A stretch of 64,000 bases of DNA from positions 1 to 64,000 of the forward strand of contig OZ243961.1 of NCBI GenBank assembly GCA_965214605.1, written 5' to 3'. Shown piece by piece: positions 21,242 to 31,390 of the stretch (positions are counted from its first letter, which is position 1; each line of letters begins with the position of its first letter). Below the pieces are notes generated by a model. It made no database searches. It was not told the DNA's origin and saw nothing but the letters and a program-made list of their open reading frames with translations. Made by a program: the position numbers and the translations under genes. Source of the DNA: an uncultured Candidatus Binatia bacterium (GTDB lineage: Bacteria > Desulfobacterota > Binatia > Bin18).

Positions 21242-21623
21242 GCAATTTTTCCGTGGGCGATGGCCACATCGACTCGAAAACGGGGCAGCCCCGAGCTGTC
21301 GATGACTGTACCATTGCGAATCAGCAGGTCGTATTGCATCCTTGCCTCCTTTTGTCTGCGGCCGAATCCTACCACCTCCGGGGCTGAAGTTTGAGAGCAC
21401 GCTTAGGACAGGGAGCCGCCCCCAAGCCGTGGTACTGGGCTCGGGCAACCGCTGAAAACAAAAGAGAACAGTATTACGGGGAGCCCCTAGAGGCCCGCAC
21501 CCAGAACGGGGTCCGTACTGGAGAATCAGCTGGTCATCTCCCATGCGGTTTGCCCCCGACACCAGGGAAGTGCTACCGTCCACGGGGCTCCGCCGGGGTG
21601 AGGCGCCCGGTTTGTCCCCGCTA
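21242..21623. repeat. 382-bp direct repeat copy 2
   Basis: Same length as 19130-19511 and about 92% identical by hand count. Confidence 0.95.
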
Positions 21624-21682
21624 CCGGGAAAGCCCTATGCCCTCCAGATGGTAAAGAAGTTGTGTGATCTGAAGATTAGCTG

Positions 21683-22558
21683 TCAGGGCTGGGCAAACGC
21701 CTCAACAATGCGCGGATCCGGCAAGCTTTCATCATCAGCCCGAATCGGCAGAATACAGACATGGGTCGCACCCGCTTTGAGATGGGCGTCAATGCGGTCC
21801 TGGATTTTTTCCTCGCTCCCCCAGGCGACAATGGCATCGACTAGGGCGTCGCTGCAGCCATTTTCGAACGCCTCGTCCGGCCAGCCCAGATTTTTCAGGT
21901 TCCTGGTATAATTGGGCAGGCGGGGGACATAGGTCTTCATGTATTGACGTGCGGCGGTGCGGGCCTTTGTCGCGTCCGTCTCCAGAATGACGGCCTGGGC
22001 GGCACAGATCCACGGCTCGGGACCAATCTGGGCTCGGACCCTAGCCGTATGCTCGGGCGGCACAAAATACGTATGCGTGCCTTGGGTCTGCTCTGCGGAG
22101 AGGGCCAGCATCCTGGGGTGCAGGGCGGCGATTACGATCGGGGCTGGCGCCGCGGGTTTAGGAGCTTGATAAAAAACATCCTTGAGCTTGGGGAGATACT
22201 CCTTCATGTAGCTGTACGGCTTGTCATAGCTGTGCCCGCGCAGGTTGGAGACGAGCGGCTTATGACTGACGCCAATGCCCAGCACAAAGCGGCCGCCCGA
22301 CAATTCGGCGACCGTATTGGTCGCTGTGGCCATCGTGTAGGCGTCCCGCGCCCAGATGTTGGCAATGCCGGTGGCCAGGTTGAGCGTTTCCGTGTTGTTC
22401 AGCAAATACGCCGCGTGGGCAAACGGCTCGCGCCCAACTGCTTCCGGAATCCACAGCGTCCTATAACCTGCTTTTTCGACCGATTGAGCAAAGGCCGCGC
22501 TGTCCGGTGCGCTCATACTGTCCAGAAAAAACCAGATACCAACTTTTCCGATATCCAT
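21683..22558 (-). CDS. LLM-class, probably F420-dependent, oxidoreductase
   Basis: ATGIANIW, GRFVLGIGVSH, GTHTYF, AGATHVC. Confidence 0.88.
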   Translation of the reverse strand: MDIGKVGIWFFLDSMSAPDSAAFAQSVEKAGYRTLWIPEAVGREPFAHAAYLLNNTETLNLATGIANIWARDAYTMATATNTVAELSGGRFVLGIGVSHKPLVSNLRGHSYDKPYSYMKEYLPKLKDVFYQAPKPAAPAPIVIAALHPRMLALSAEQTQGTHTYFVPPEHTARVRAQIGPEPWICAAQAVILETDATKARTAARQYMKTYVPRLPNYTRNLKNLGWPDEAFENGCSDALVDAIVAWGSEEKIQDRIDAHLKAGATHVCILPIRADDESLPDPRIVEAFAQP

Positions 22559-22706
22559 ACCGACCTCCTGTGCGATCTTTTGGCGATGGATCATACCGCT
22601 TCAGACCGGGTGGGGCTATAGGCACCGGTTTTTGTTGACTCTTTACCTGGAAAACCGTAGGTTTCCATTCTGACTGACCAGGCTCGATGAGTAAGGAGGG
22701 GCCGGT

Positions 22707-23606
22707 ATGGCTGTGACCTTTCGTAAACTGCACCCCTGTTTTGGTGCCGAAGTGGATCGGATTGACCTACGTCGGATTCATGATCCGCAAATTTTGGCCG
22801 AGATCCGGGCTGGTATGGACGAATATGCGTTGCTCGTGTTCCGCGGCCAACGCTTCACCGATGATGAACACTTGGCGTTTGCCCGCCGACTTGACGGTGA
22901 GCTACACCTCAAAACCGGAATCAGCGCCTTTCAGAAGAACCGGTTTGGCAACGAAGCCCTCGCCGATGTTTCCAATCTGACCGCTGACGGACAGATTCAG
23001 CCGGCCGACGATCGGCGGCGGATGTATGGACTGGGCAATCGACTGTGGCACACCGACGCCTCCTTCCAAAATCCGCCCGGACGCTACTCCCTGCTGTTCG
23101 CCCGGGTTATTCCGCCGATTGGCGCCGATACCGAATACGCCGATATGCGGGCGGCCTACGATGCCTTGACGCCGGAGCTGAAAGCCCGGTTGGAAGGACT
23201 GCGGGTGCATCACTCAATCGCCTATTCACGCCAGATCCTGGGCTTTGAATTCTCACAAAAAGAGAGAGAAATTTTGAAGGGGGAGGTGCACCCCCTGATT
23301 CGGACTCTGCCGCGCTCGGGACGGAAGTCGCTCTACATCGCCGCCCACGCCTCACAGATCCTTGATTGGCCAATCCCCGAGGGCCGATTGCTGTTGCTCG
23401 AATTGATTGAGCATGCCACCCAAGCGGAGTTTGTCTATCGCCATAAGTGGCACGTCGGGGACTTGGTGATCTACGACAACCGGGCTACGATGCACCGCGC
23501 CCGGCCCTTCGAGGATGGCAAATACCCCCGTGAACTGCGCCGTGTAACGACGCTGGATATTGAGCCGGCCGCTCAGGCTGGTGCAGCGGGTTCCCTCCAG
23601 CGCTGA
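22707..23606 (+). CDS. TauD/TfdA-family Fe(II)/2-oxoglutarate dioxygenase
   Basis: WHTDASF and DNRATMHR motifs. Confidence 0.9.
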   Translation: MAVTFRKLHPCFGAEVDRIDLRRIHDPQILAEIRAGMDEYALLVFRGQRFTDDEHLAFARRLDGELHLKTGISAFQKNRFGNEALADVSNLTADGQIQPADDRRRMYGLGNRLWHTDASFQNPPGRYSLLFARVIPPIGADTEYADMRAAYDALTPELKARLEGLRVHHSIAYSRQILGFEFSQKEREILKGEVHPLIRTLPRSGRKSLYIAAHASQILDWPIPEGRLLLLELIEHATQAEFVYRHKWHVGDLVIYDNRATMHRARPFEDGKYPRELRRVTTLDIEPAAQAGAAGSLQR

Positions 23607-24659
23607 ATACGACAACTCTCTTTGGGCCGAATTTGGCGGTGATCCCTGCTCCGTCACGCGTCCCAAGCCGCCTTGTTCGTTCACGGTCCGAACCGAGACG
23701 TCCAGAGCCGCTCGTTTCGCGACGATCGTTTTTTGCCTAGGCGGCGATGGTCGGCCGGGCTTCTCCGAGGTCGCCTCCCGGCTTCTCCCACACGCCGTCG
23801 TACACCGAGCACGGCTGCGGTGCGATTTTGTCATGACCCGGCGCGGTTTGGCGGCGTATCGGGTCCACATACCGGCCGCTGAGCCGACAGCCTCATCCAG
23901 ATAGAAGCAGCACTCCAATTGCTTGGTATTCTGCTTCCATGCGAAACGGCTCACATGGCCGACCACGGTGTTTATGTTCAGCGCGATCAGGATACGGCGA
24001 CACGTAAGGTCTTGAGGCTACAGGCTTGGGGGCTGCCGGTCAGCAACGCTTCCACGCTCCGAATCAATTGTACCGCTTGCGTATCTCCTGAGAACGCGTC
24101 GGCGTTCTGAAAAGAGAGCCTGCGGACAGCCCGGAAGATCGGGTTTTGCCGCCCCGATTCCTCGACCACACGTGCCGGCTCAACAGGCACTCGGCTTGGG
24201 CGGGTCGGTCCGGTCGGCCGGCGCCGGGGTCGACTCAGCCGTGTATGGGTGTTTGCCCGGGGTCCGGCCTCAATGGGCCTACTGCGTCCTCGTCTATGAC
24301 CGGGCTTGGCCACAGCACCGTTTCGACCTCGGCCACATTCGGCCGGCGGACCTCGTACCGATTGCGTCTCGGCACAACTTCAACCTGTACGCCGGACTGG
24401 AGTGGGGACGGGCGCCGGCGTTGAGGAGGGCGGTGAGGGCCTTGGTATGGCCTCCTACAGCCGGTGCAGGTGCTTCTCAAACGCTTCATGATGCCAACTT
24501 TGCTGTTGGGCCGGACGAGCCTTGCCGTGGTTCCGACTTGAACCACGGCTGACGGAGGGCGGGATTGAGGGGCTGCTGCCGGTAGAGCTGTTTTGACCCC
24601 GGCTCTGGGGCGGAGAGATTATGGCGTGAGGAAGCTCACGGATGAACGCGCCGAATCTC

Positions 24660-24691
24660 TTGGCCATAGCAGTCTAAAATGCTATGGCCAA
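24660..24691. promoter_or_regulatory. 11-bp inverted repeat, putative operator
   Basis: TTGGCCATAGC-N10-GCTATGGCCAA just upstream of an AAGGAGG RBS. Confidence 0.45.
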
Positions 24692-24709
24692 AGAAATAAG
24701 GAGGATTTC

Positions 24710-25102
24710 ATGAGCAACTCTGGCAACGCATCACAAACGAGAGCGGCGACCAGTTCTTACACCGAGGCCGACCCAAAACTGTACGCCTTTTTGGACTGGA
24801 TGGAACAGCAAGATCCCGACTATTCAAAGGCCTTCAGAGCTTACGGCGAGAAGGGAACGGGGGAGGGCCAGGCCCTGGCTGTGAAGTATCGCGAGATGGT
24901 TATGACCGCTGTTCTGGTTTTCTCAGGACGTCGAGAAGGCGCCGTGGCGCATCTCAAACGGGCGATTGAGCACGGGGCGACCAAGCGTGAACTGTTTGAG
25001 GCCGGTCAGTCCGCCGCTATCCCCGGCGGCGGCATCACCCTGGGCTTATGGATGCAAATCCTCGCCCAGCTAGATAGCGAAGGGGCGTTTATAAACGGCT
25101 GA
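24710..25102 (+). CDS. carboxymuconolactone decarboxylase/AhpD-like protein
   Basis: L..KYREMV...HLKRAIEHGATKREL.E. Confidence 0.8.
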   Translation: MSNSGNASQTRAATSSYTEADPKLYAFLDWMEQQDPDYSKAFRAYGEKGTGEGQALAVKYREMVMTAVLVFSGRREGAVAHLKRAIEHGATKRELFEAGQSAAIPGGGITLGLWMQILAQLDSEGAFING

Positions 25103-25260
25103 GCCTCTGCGTGCTGGCTTTACAGCTTTGATGGACTCGCTGTATATTCGGCTCAATCGTCTCGCTGAGAGATCGTGCGGTATTTGCACTGCGATGGCCT
25201 CGTCCCAAATTGGCAAGGCTGCATCCTCAAAAATGGTGGAAGCTTCAGGAGGGAGTCTCT

Positions 25261-25776
25261 ATGACACAAGAAGCGACAGCCCCGTCCAAGCCGATTCACC
25301 CCCAGACCCACATCGGCCATATCCATCTTACCGTGACCGACCTGGAGCGGTCGCTTGCCTTTTATCGCGGTCTGCTGGGCTTTGAAGTGACCATGCGCTA
25401 TGGAGATTCGGCCGTGTTTCTATCCGCTGGCGGCTATCATCACCACCTCGCGCTCAATACCTGGGCAGGGTCGGAGGCGAGCCCACCCCCACCCGGACAT
25501 ACCGGACTGTATCACTTTGCTATTCTCTACCCCAGCCGTAAGGAGCTGGCACGAGCGGTACAGACACTGCAGCAGGCCGACTACCCGCTGCAGAGCACCT
25601 CTGACCACGGTGTGTCCGAGTCCATCTATCTGGCCGACCCTGACGGCAACGGAGTGGAACTGTCGGTTGACCGGCCGCCCGAGGCCTGGCCCCGAGATTC
25701 CCAGGGCAACATTCAGGCCAGCCGTGGATCGCTGGATTTGGCCGAGCTGCTGACCGAGCTATCGGACAACGGCTAA
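25261..25776 (+). CDS. VOC/glyoxalase family protein (CatE-like)
   Basis: IGHIHLTV, GGYHHHLALNTW, DHGVSESIYLADPDGNGVEL. Confidence 0.9.
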   Translation: MTQEATAPSKPIHPQTHIGHIHLTVTDLERSLAFYRGLLGFEVTMRYGDSAVFLSAGGYHHHLALNTWAGSEASPPPPGHTGLYHFAILYPSRKELARAVQTLQQADYPLQSTSDHGVSESIYLADPDGNGVELSVDRPPEAWPRDSQGNIQASRGSLDLAELLTELSDNG

Positions 25777-25812
25777 GCGGACGCGACCGGGAGCAGACAA
25801 GAGAGCACAGCT

Positions 25813-27000
25813 ATGGATTTTAGTTTTAGCCCAGAAGAGGAAGCCTTTCGCCAGGAGTTTCGGAGTTGGCTCAAAGACAATATCCCCCGGGACTGGCGGG
25901 ATGATGGCGAATTGCACGACCCGGATTCAAAAGAGGAGTTTGAACGTCGCCGGGCCTGGCACCGTAAACTGTACGACGGCGGCTGGATGTGTATCCACTG
26001 GCCTGAAGAGTACGGCGGACGCGGGGCCAGCCTGGTCCAGCAGGTCATTTACCACGAAGAGCTCGACCGGGCCAAAGCCCCTCCCACAGTCAATTTTCAG
26101 GGCATCGCCAGGGTTGGACCAACATTGATGCAGTGGGGCACGCCTGAACAGAAACAACGCTTTATTCCTAAAATTCCGCCAGCTGAGGAGATCTGGTGTC
26201 AGGGCTTGTCGGAACCCAACCACGGCTCTGATCTGGCCGCGGTTGAGACTCGGGCAATTGATCAGGGCGACCATTTCCTGGTCAACGGCTCCAAGGTCTG
26301 GACCTCGAACGCGCACCACGCCGACTATACGACGCTGCTGTGCCGGACCGATCCCGAGGTGCCCAAACACAAGGGCCTCAGCTATCTGCTGGTTGATATA
26401 AAAAGTCCGGGTATCACCGTTCGCCCCCTAGTCCAGATGACCGGTGAGCACGGCTTCAACCAGGTGTTTTTTGAAGATGTCCAAGTCCCTATGGCCAACT
26501 TGGTGGGCGAAAAAAACCAGGGCTGGATGGTGGCCATAACCAACATGATGTTCGAGCGTACGATTCATGGCGGGCGAACCGACATGATGGTTGAGGTCAA
26601 GCAGCTTATCGACCTGGCGACACAGGTCGAACGTCATGGCCGTCCAGCCTGGCAAGACAGCTATGTGCGGCAACGGATAGCCGGTTTTGCCTGCGAGGCC
26701 TCGGCACTCAAGTACACCAGCTTTCGTCAGTTGACCCGTCAGCTCCAGGGCCTGCCGCCCGGACCCGAGGGGTCGATGATGAAGCTTGGTACGAGCACCC
26801 TGAACCACCGTATTCAGGAGTTTGCGATGGAGCTGCTCGGACCGTACAGCCAGTTTGAATATCGGGCCGAGCGAGCCCTTGACCAGGGCAAATGGTCGCA
26901 CCGCATGTTGGCCTCACGGCGCAGCACGATTGCGGCCGGGACCAATGAAATCCAGCACAACATCATCGGCGAGCGGGTGCTCGGCTTGCCGAAAGGCTGA
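25813..27000 (+). CDS. acyl-CoA dehydrogenase (FadE-like)
   Basis: WCQGLSEP, NGSKVWTS, TIAAGTNEIQ.NIIGERVLGLP. Confidence 0.92.
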   Translation: MDFSFSPEEEAFRQEFRSWLKDNIPRDWRDDGELHDPDSKEEFERRRAWHRKLYDGGWMCIHWPEEYGGRGASLVQQVIYHEELDRAKAPPTVNFQGIARVGPTLMQWGTPEQKQRFIPKIPPAEEIWCQGLSEPNHGSDLAAVETRAIDQGDHFLVNGSKVWTSNAHHADYTTLLCRTDPEVPKHKGLSYLLVDIKSPGITVRPLVQMTGEHGFNQVFFEDVQVPMANLVGEKNQGWMVAITNMMFERTIHGGRTDMMVEVKQLIDLATQVERHGRPAWQDSYVRQRIAGFACEASALKYTSFRQLTRQLQGLPPGPEGSMMKLGTSTLNHRIQEFAMELLGPYSQFEYRAERALDQGKWSHRMLASRRSTIAAGTNEIQHNIIGERVLGLPKG

Positions 27001-27051
27001 GCCGACGGTGCCTCAGACCGTGAGCGCTCAGTCAGAATGGAGGAAACAGCA

Positions 27052-28170
27052 ATGCGTGATGGATTCAAAATTGTAGATACCGATTCTCATATGATGGAGC
27101 CTGAGTGGCTGTGGGAGCAGCATATGGAGGACGCCTACAAATCGCAGGGTCCCCGAATGGGCAGGGCTCCGGGGTCGGGGCGCCGGACCTTCCTGGTTGA
27201 GGGAGAGTCGTTCACTCGTGAGAAGGGGAAGTACCCGATGGCGGCCAAGGCCTTTCTCAAAGCCGCGACCAAGGCCATGGATCGATTCGACAAAGCCCGT
27301 CGCACCGAGTTCAGCCCCCAAAGCCGGCTCGACGACATGGACGAACACGGGGTTGACGTCCAGATTCTGTATCCGACCTACACGGGACAGATGTTGGGCC
27401 GGGAGTTCCACGATACCAAACTGCTCGCCGCCTGCGTACGGGCCTACAACAGCTGGGCCGCGGATTATACCTCGCTGGCACCGGAACGCCTGCGCTGGGC
27501 CGCAGCCCTCCCGATGCAGGACGTCGAGGAGGCGATTAAAGAGGCTCATCGGGCATCCGAAGCCGGCTGTGTCAGCTACTATATGCGTCCCAATCCGGTC
27601 CGCGGCCGTACCCTGTGGCACGAGGCCTATCATCCGCTGTGGGCCGAGATCGAGAAGATCGGCAAACCCATCTCGACCCACGATTCGGCCTCGGCCTCGG
27701 TGCCGTCGTTCGGTGACCGGATGGACACCCACACCAGTGGGCATATTCTGTCGCACCCATTTGAGGCCATGGCGGCTATGGCCGGGCTGATTTGGTTCGG
27801 CATTTTTGAGAAGTTCCCCCATCTAAAAGTGATCCATGTTGAGGGAGACGGCGGCTGGACGCCGTACTGGCTGCAACGTATGGAACAGCACTGGAGCTTT
27901 AGCGGGAACGCCGAGCACGAATACCTGACCCGTCGTCCCACCGAATACTTTAAAACCAACGTGTGCGTCGCCTTCCGGGGCGACGAACCGACCATGAAAG
28001 CTGCGGTTGAGCTGGTCGGCGACGACAACTTTACCTGGGACTCTGACTACCCGCATCCAGACGGCACCTATCCGTGGGGCGTGCAGGCCATGCTCGATCA
28101 GCCAATTCCCGCGGTCTCCAAGCGTAAGCTGTTCTGGGATAACGCGGCGCGTATCTTCAATCTGGACTGA
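27052..28170 (+). CDS. amidohydrolase family protein (Amidohydro_2)
   Basis: VDTDSH and SDYPHPD motifs. Confidence 0.9.
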   Translation: MRDGFKIVDTDSHMMEPEWLWEQHMEDAYKSQGPRMGRAPGSGRRTFLVEGESFTREKGKYPMAAKAFLKAATKAMDRFDKARRTEFSPQSRLDDMDEHGVDVQILYPTYTGQMLGREFHDTKLLAACVRAYNSWAADYTSLAPERLRWAAALPMQDVEEAIKEAHRASEAGCVSYYMRPNPVRGRTLWHEAYHPLWAEIEKIGKPISTHDSASASVPSFGDRMDTHTSGHILSHPFEAMAAMAGLIWFGIFEKFPHLKVIHVEGDGGWTPYWLQRMEQHWSFSGNAEHEYLTRRPTEYFKTNVCVAFRGDEPTMKAAVELVGDDNFTWDSDYPHPDGTYPWGVQAMLDQPIPAVSKRKLFWDNAARIFNLD

Positions 28171-28198
28171 GCCGGCCGACGTCGGGATCTCACCACTT

Positions 28199-28229
28199 AT
28201 CAGGTGCCACCCGGCACCTGATTTCTTTT
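28199..28229 (+). terminator. intra-operon hairpin with U-rich tail
   Basis: ATCAGGTGCC-ACCC-GGCACCTGAT-TTCTTTT. Confidence 0.5.
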
Positions 28230-28244
28230 CTAGAGGAGAACAGG

Positions 28245-29036
28245 ATGAAATTTGACGCAAAAGTCGGTCTGGTCACTGGAGCAGCCTCGGGCATCGGCCG
28301 TGCCACCGCAATTGGATTTGCCCAGCGCGGGGGTGCGGTTGTGGTCGCCGATATTAACCAGGAGCAGACCGATCGGGTGGTCGCCGAGATTACCGCCGCT
28401 GGCGGCAGAGCGCTCGCGCTTATCGCCGACGTGACCAAACAGGCCGATATTGATGCGATGATCTCACAGACTGTTGACGAGTTTGGCCGCCTCGATTTTC
28501 TGCATAACAATGCCTTTGGTCTGCCGGGCGACCGGTTTGCCGCCCGGACCGGCGAGCTTGAAGATGAGGTCTGGGACAAGACGCTTGAGTTGGGTCTGAC
28601 GGCGGTCTTTCAGGCCATGAAACGCGCCATTCCCGAGATGCGCAAAAATGGCGGCGGAGCGATTGTCAACACCGCCTCGATTTCGGGTCTATACGCCGAC
28701 TATGGCATTGCCGCCTATAATGCGGCCAAGGCCGGAGTGATCAACCTCACCCGGGTGGTGGCCGTTGAGTATGCGCGGAACGGGATTCGGGCCAACTGCG
28801 TGTGTCCGGGAGCGATTAACACGCCGCTGATCGCTCCGGCCCTGGAGATCGCCGGCTTTCAAGACAAATTCGACGCTGCTATTCCGCTGGGACGGCTGGG
28901 TGAGCCCGAAGAAATAGCCAATGTGGTGCTCTTTCTCGCCTCCGATCTGGCCTCGTTTGTGACCGGTTCGGCGTTTGTGGCCGACGGGGGACAAACGGCA
29001 AAAACGGGCAGTCCGTCGTTTCTGGCCGAGGGCTGA
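28245..29036 (+). CDS. SDR family oxidoreductase
   Basis: TGAASGIG, NNA, YNAAK. Confidence 0.93.
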   Translation: MKFDAKVGLVTGAASGIGRATAIGFAQRGGAVVVADINQEQTDRVVAEITAAGGRALALIADVTKQADIDAMISQTVDEFGRLDFLHNNAFGLPGDRFAARTGELEDEVWDKTLELGLTAVFQAMKRAIPEMRKNGGGAIVNTASISGLYADYGIAAYNAAKAGVINLTRVVAVEYARNGIRANCVCPGAINTPLIAPALEIAGFQDKFDAAIPLGRLGEPEEIANVVLFLASDLASFVTGSAFVADGGQTAKTGSPSFLAEG

Positions 29037-29129
29037 GAGGGGGGGCGGAAAAGTCAGGCCGCAACCGTTGCGTTTCGGCCCCGCTCAGATTATGCTCGGG
29101 GGCGAAGTACGCCACTCAAGGAGGGAGTT

Positions 29130-29564
29130 ATGGCAGACCTGGAAACCCAAATGCAAGCAGTGATTGACCGTGAAGCGATTCGGAATCTGCCGCTACAGTA
29201 CTGTCACTGTGTGTGGCAAAAGGACTTGGACGGCTACGCCAACCTGTTTACCGAGGACGGCTCATTCTCGGTCGACAACCCCGATCTCCCAGGGGCTCAG
29301 GGACGGGATAATCTGCGCAAAATGATCGCGAACGGCCTGGACGATATACAGCCCCGCCCGTTCATCCACAACCACGTGATTGAACTGACCGGCCCAGACT
29401 CGGCCACCGGCACGTGTTATGTCGAAGTGCACCTGATGCGTGACGGCAAGAAGTGGGAGATGCGGGGCTGGTACGACGACGAGTACGCCAAGGTTGACGG
29501 TGACTGGAAGTTTAAGTCGCGCCGGATTACCACCGACTCGTTCGGCCCAGAGAACGAAGGCTAA
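29130..29564 (+). CDS. SnoaL/NTF2-like protein
   Basis: DREAIRNL..QY, LFTEDG, GWYDDEY...WKFKSR. Confidence 0.85.
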   Translation: MADLETQMQAVIDREAIRNLPLQYCHCVWQKDLDGYANLFTEDGSFSVDNPDLPGAQGRDNLRKMIANGLDDIQPRPFIHNHVIELTGPDSATGTCYVEVHLMRDGKKWEMRGWYDDEYAKVDGDWKFKSRRITTDSFGPENEG

Positions 29565-29632
29565 CCCCGCCCTCTCTCGGCGGGAGAGGGAACGAAAAAT
29601 CGCACGGTGGCACGAGCAGCTAGGGAGGCAGT

Positions 29633-31372
29633 ATGGCCCGACCGTTTGACCCTATTTTAGTCGAAGTCATTCGGAATCAGATTGCAGCGATTACCGAGGA
29701 GATGACCCTGACCGTATATCGGACCGGGCGCTCCGGTATGTGCAAAGTCGGCGATTTTGCCACCGCGGTTTGCGACCGCCACGGTCGGATCGTTGGGGAG
29801 GGCGGCTCTCCTTATCAGATGTGTGTCTTTATCGACACCATGGACAACATACTGGCCAAGCACGGCGATTCGCTCAAACCCGGTGACATCATCATTGCCA
29901 ACGACCCCTACTGCGGCATTTCCCATATGCCGGATATCACCCTCGTTGCACCGGCGTTCTGGAAAGACGAACTGGCCGGTTTTCTGATCTCCTATTCGCA
30001 TCACACCGATGTTGGCGGCCGTTTTGCCGGCGGCATTTCCAGCCTGTGCCAGTCGAGCTTTGAGGAAGGCGTTCGGATTCCTATGCTCAAGCTGTACGAC
30101 GCCGGCAAACGCAACGAGGCTTTGCTCGATCTGATTGTCGCCAACGTCCGCACCCCCGAGGAGTGGGTCGGAGACGTTGACGCCAAAGTGGCAAGTTGCT
30201 GGAAAGGCCAGGAGCAGCTGACTAAGCTGATCGACAGATATGGCTTTGAGCAGCTGAACGCCACCTGCGACCACCTGGTCGATTACGCCGAGCAGACCAC
30301 GAGACACGCCATAAGCCAGATCCCGTCGGGCGAGTACCGAGAAGAGATGCTGTTTGTCGATGAGAACGAGGTCACCGGTGGGCCGGTCCCGCTTGATGTC
30401 GTGATTCGCATTGAGGGCGATCACGCCACGCTCGATCTATCGTCTAGCCCGCCCCAGATCAACGCCTCGATTAACGCGCCCCTGGTGTCGACCAAAGCCG
30501 TAACCCGGGCACCGTTCAAGTCGTTGCTGCCCCCCGATGTGATTGTTAACAGCGGCTTTGCGCGGCCAATTGATATCATCGTACCCGAAGGAACCCTGCT
30601 GAACCCGCGCTATCCGGCCGCGGTTGGCGGCCGGGCCTCTCTGATGATGTCGCTCAGCAATATGGTCTACCGAGCGATTGCCAAGGCACTGCCCGGCAGG
30701 CTCGGTGGAGTTGGCGAGGGGGCGGATATGCTCCATTTCAACTCACACACCGACGGCAAATATCAGTCGTTTATGGACGTGTTCTTTGGTGGTTGGGGCG
30801 GCCGCCCCCAGGTCGATGGGGTTGACGGCGCCTCGCCGCTCGTGATGGGCGGCGGCTACGGGTCAATGCCAGCCGAACTGCTTGAGCGGGAGTATCCGGT
30901 CATGATCGAGGGCTTTGGTTTTGTGCCCGATACCGAGGGGGCGGGCCGCCACCGTGGCTCGGTATCGGTTTACCGTGAGTGGCGTTTCCGAAAGCCGGCC
31001 GAAGTGTTGCTCCGGACCGTTGGTCTACGGGGGTCGGAGGGTCTTGACGGTGGTGGACAGGGCGGTGACGCGGTCAATATCCACACCTCGGGTGAGCAGC
31101 AGACCGTGCTGACTCCCCAGGCACACGTTCATCTTCAGGTCCAGCCGGGCGACCGCGTGTACCATAAGGTCCACGGCTCGGGTGGCTATGGCAATCCCTT
31201 TGAGCGCGACGTGGCGTTGGTCAGACTCGATGTGCTCGAAGGCAAGATCTCGGTTGACCGAGCCCGTGAGGTGTATGGGGTGGTAATCGATCCCCAGAGC
31301 CTGGACGTCGACGAGGAACAGACGCTGGAACTGCGGGGAGACACGCAAGGTCTGGCCGCGGTGGCGGATTAG
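29633..31372 (+). CDS. hydantoinase B/oxoprolinase family subunit
   Basis: NDPY, HMPD, HHTDVGG, EEGVRIP, GGYGNP. Confidence 0.92.
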   Translation: MARPFDPILVEVIRNQIAAITEEMTLTVYRTGRSGMCKVGDFATAVCDRHGRIVGEGGSPYQMCVFIDTMDNILAKHGDSLKPGDIIIANDPYCGISHMPDITLVAPAFWKDELAGFLISYSHHTDVGGRFAGGISSLCQSSFEEGVRIPMLKLYDAGKRNEALLDLIVANVRTPEEWVGDVDAKVASCWKGQEQLTKLIDRYGFEQLNATCDHLVDYAEQTTRHAISQIPSGEYREEMLFVDENEVTGGPVPLDVVIRIEGDHATLDLSSSPPQINASINAPLVSTKAVTRAPFKSLLPPDVIVNSGFARPIDIIVPEGTLLNPRYPAAVGGRASLMMSLSNMVYRAIAKALPGRLGGVGEGADMLHFNSHTDGKYQSFMDVFFGGWGGRPQVDGVDGASPLVMGGGYGSMPAELLEREYPVMIEGFGFVPDTEGAGRHRGSVSVYREWRFRKPAEVLLRTVGLRGSEGLDGGGQGGDAVNIHTSGEQQTVLTPQAHVHLQVQPGDRVYHKVHGSGGYGNPFERDVALVRLDVLEGKISVDRAREVYGVVIDPQSLDVDEEQTLELRGDTQGLAAVAD

Positions 31373-31390
31373 GAGTGAGGGGCACCGTTC

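Noticed and set aside
29570-29590. CCCTCTCTC...GGGAGAGGG REP-like hairpin
   Set aside because: Single degenerate copy in the window; cannot establish a repeat family
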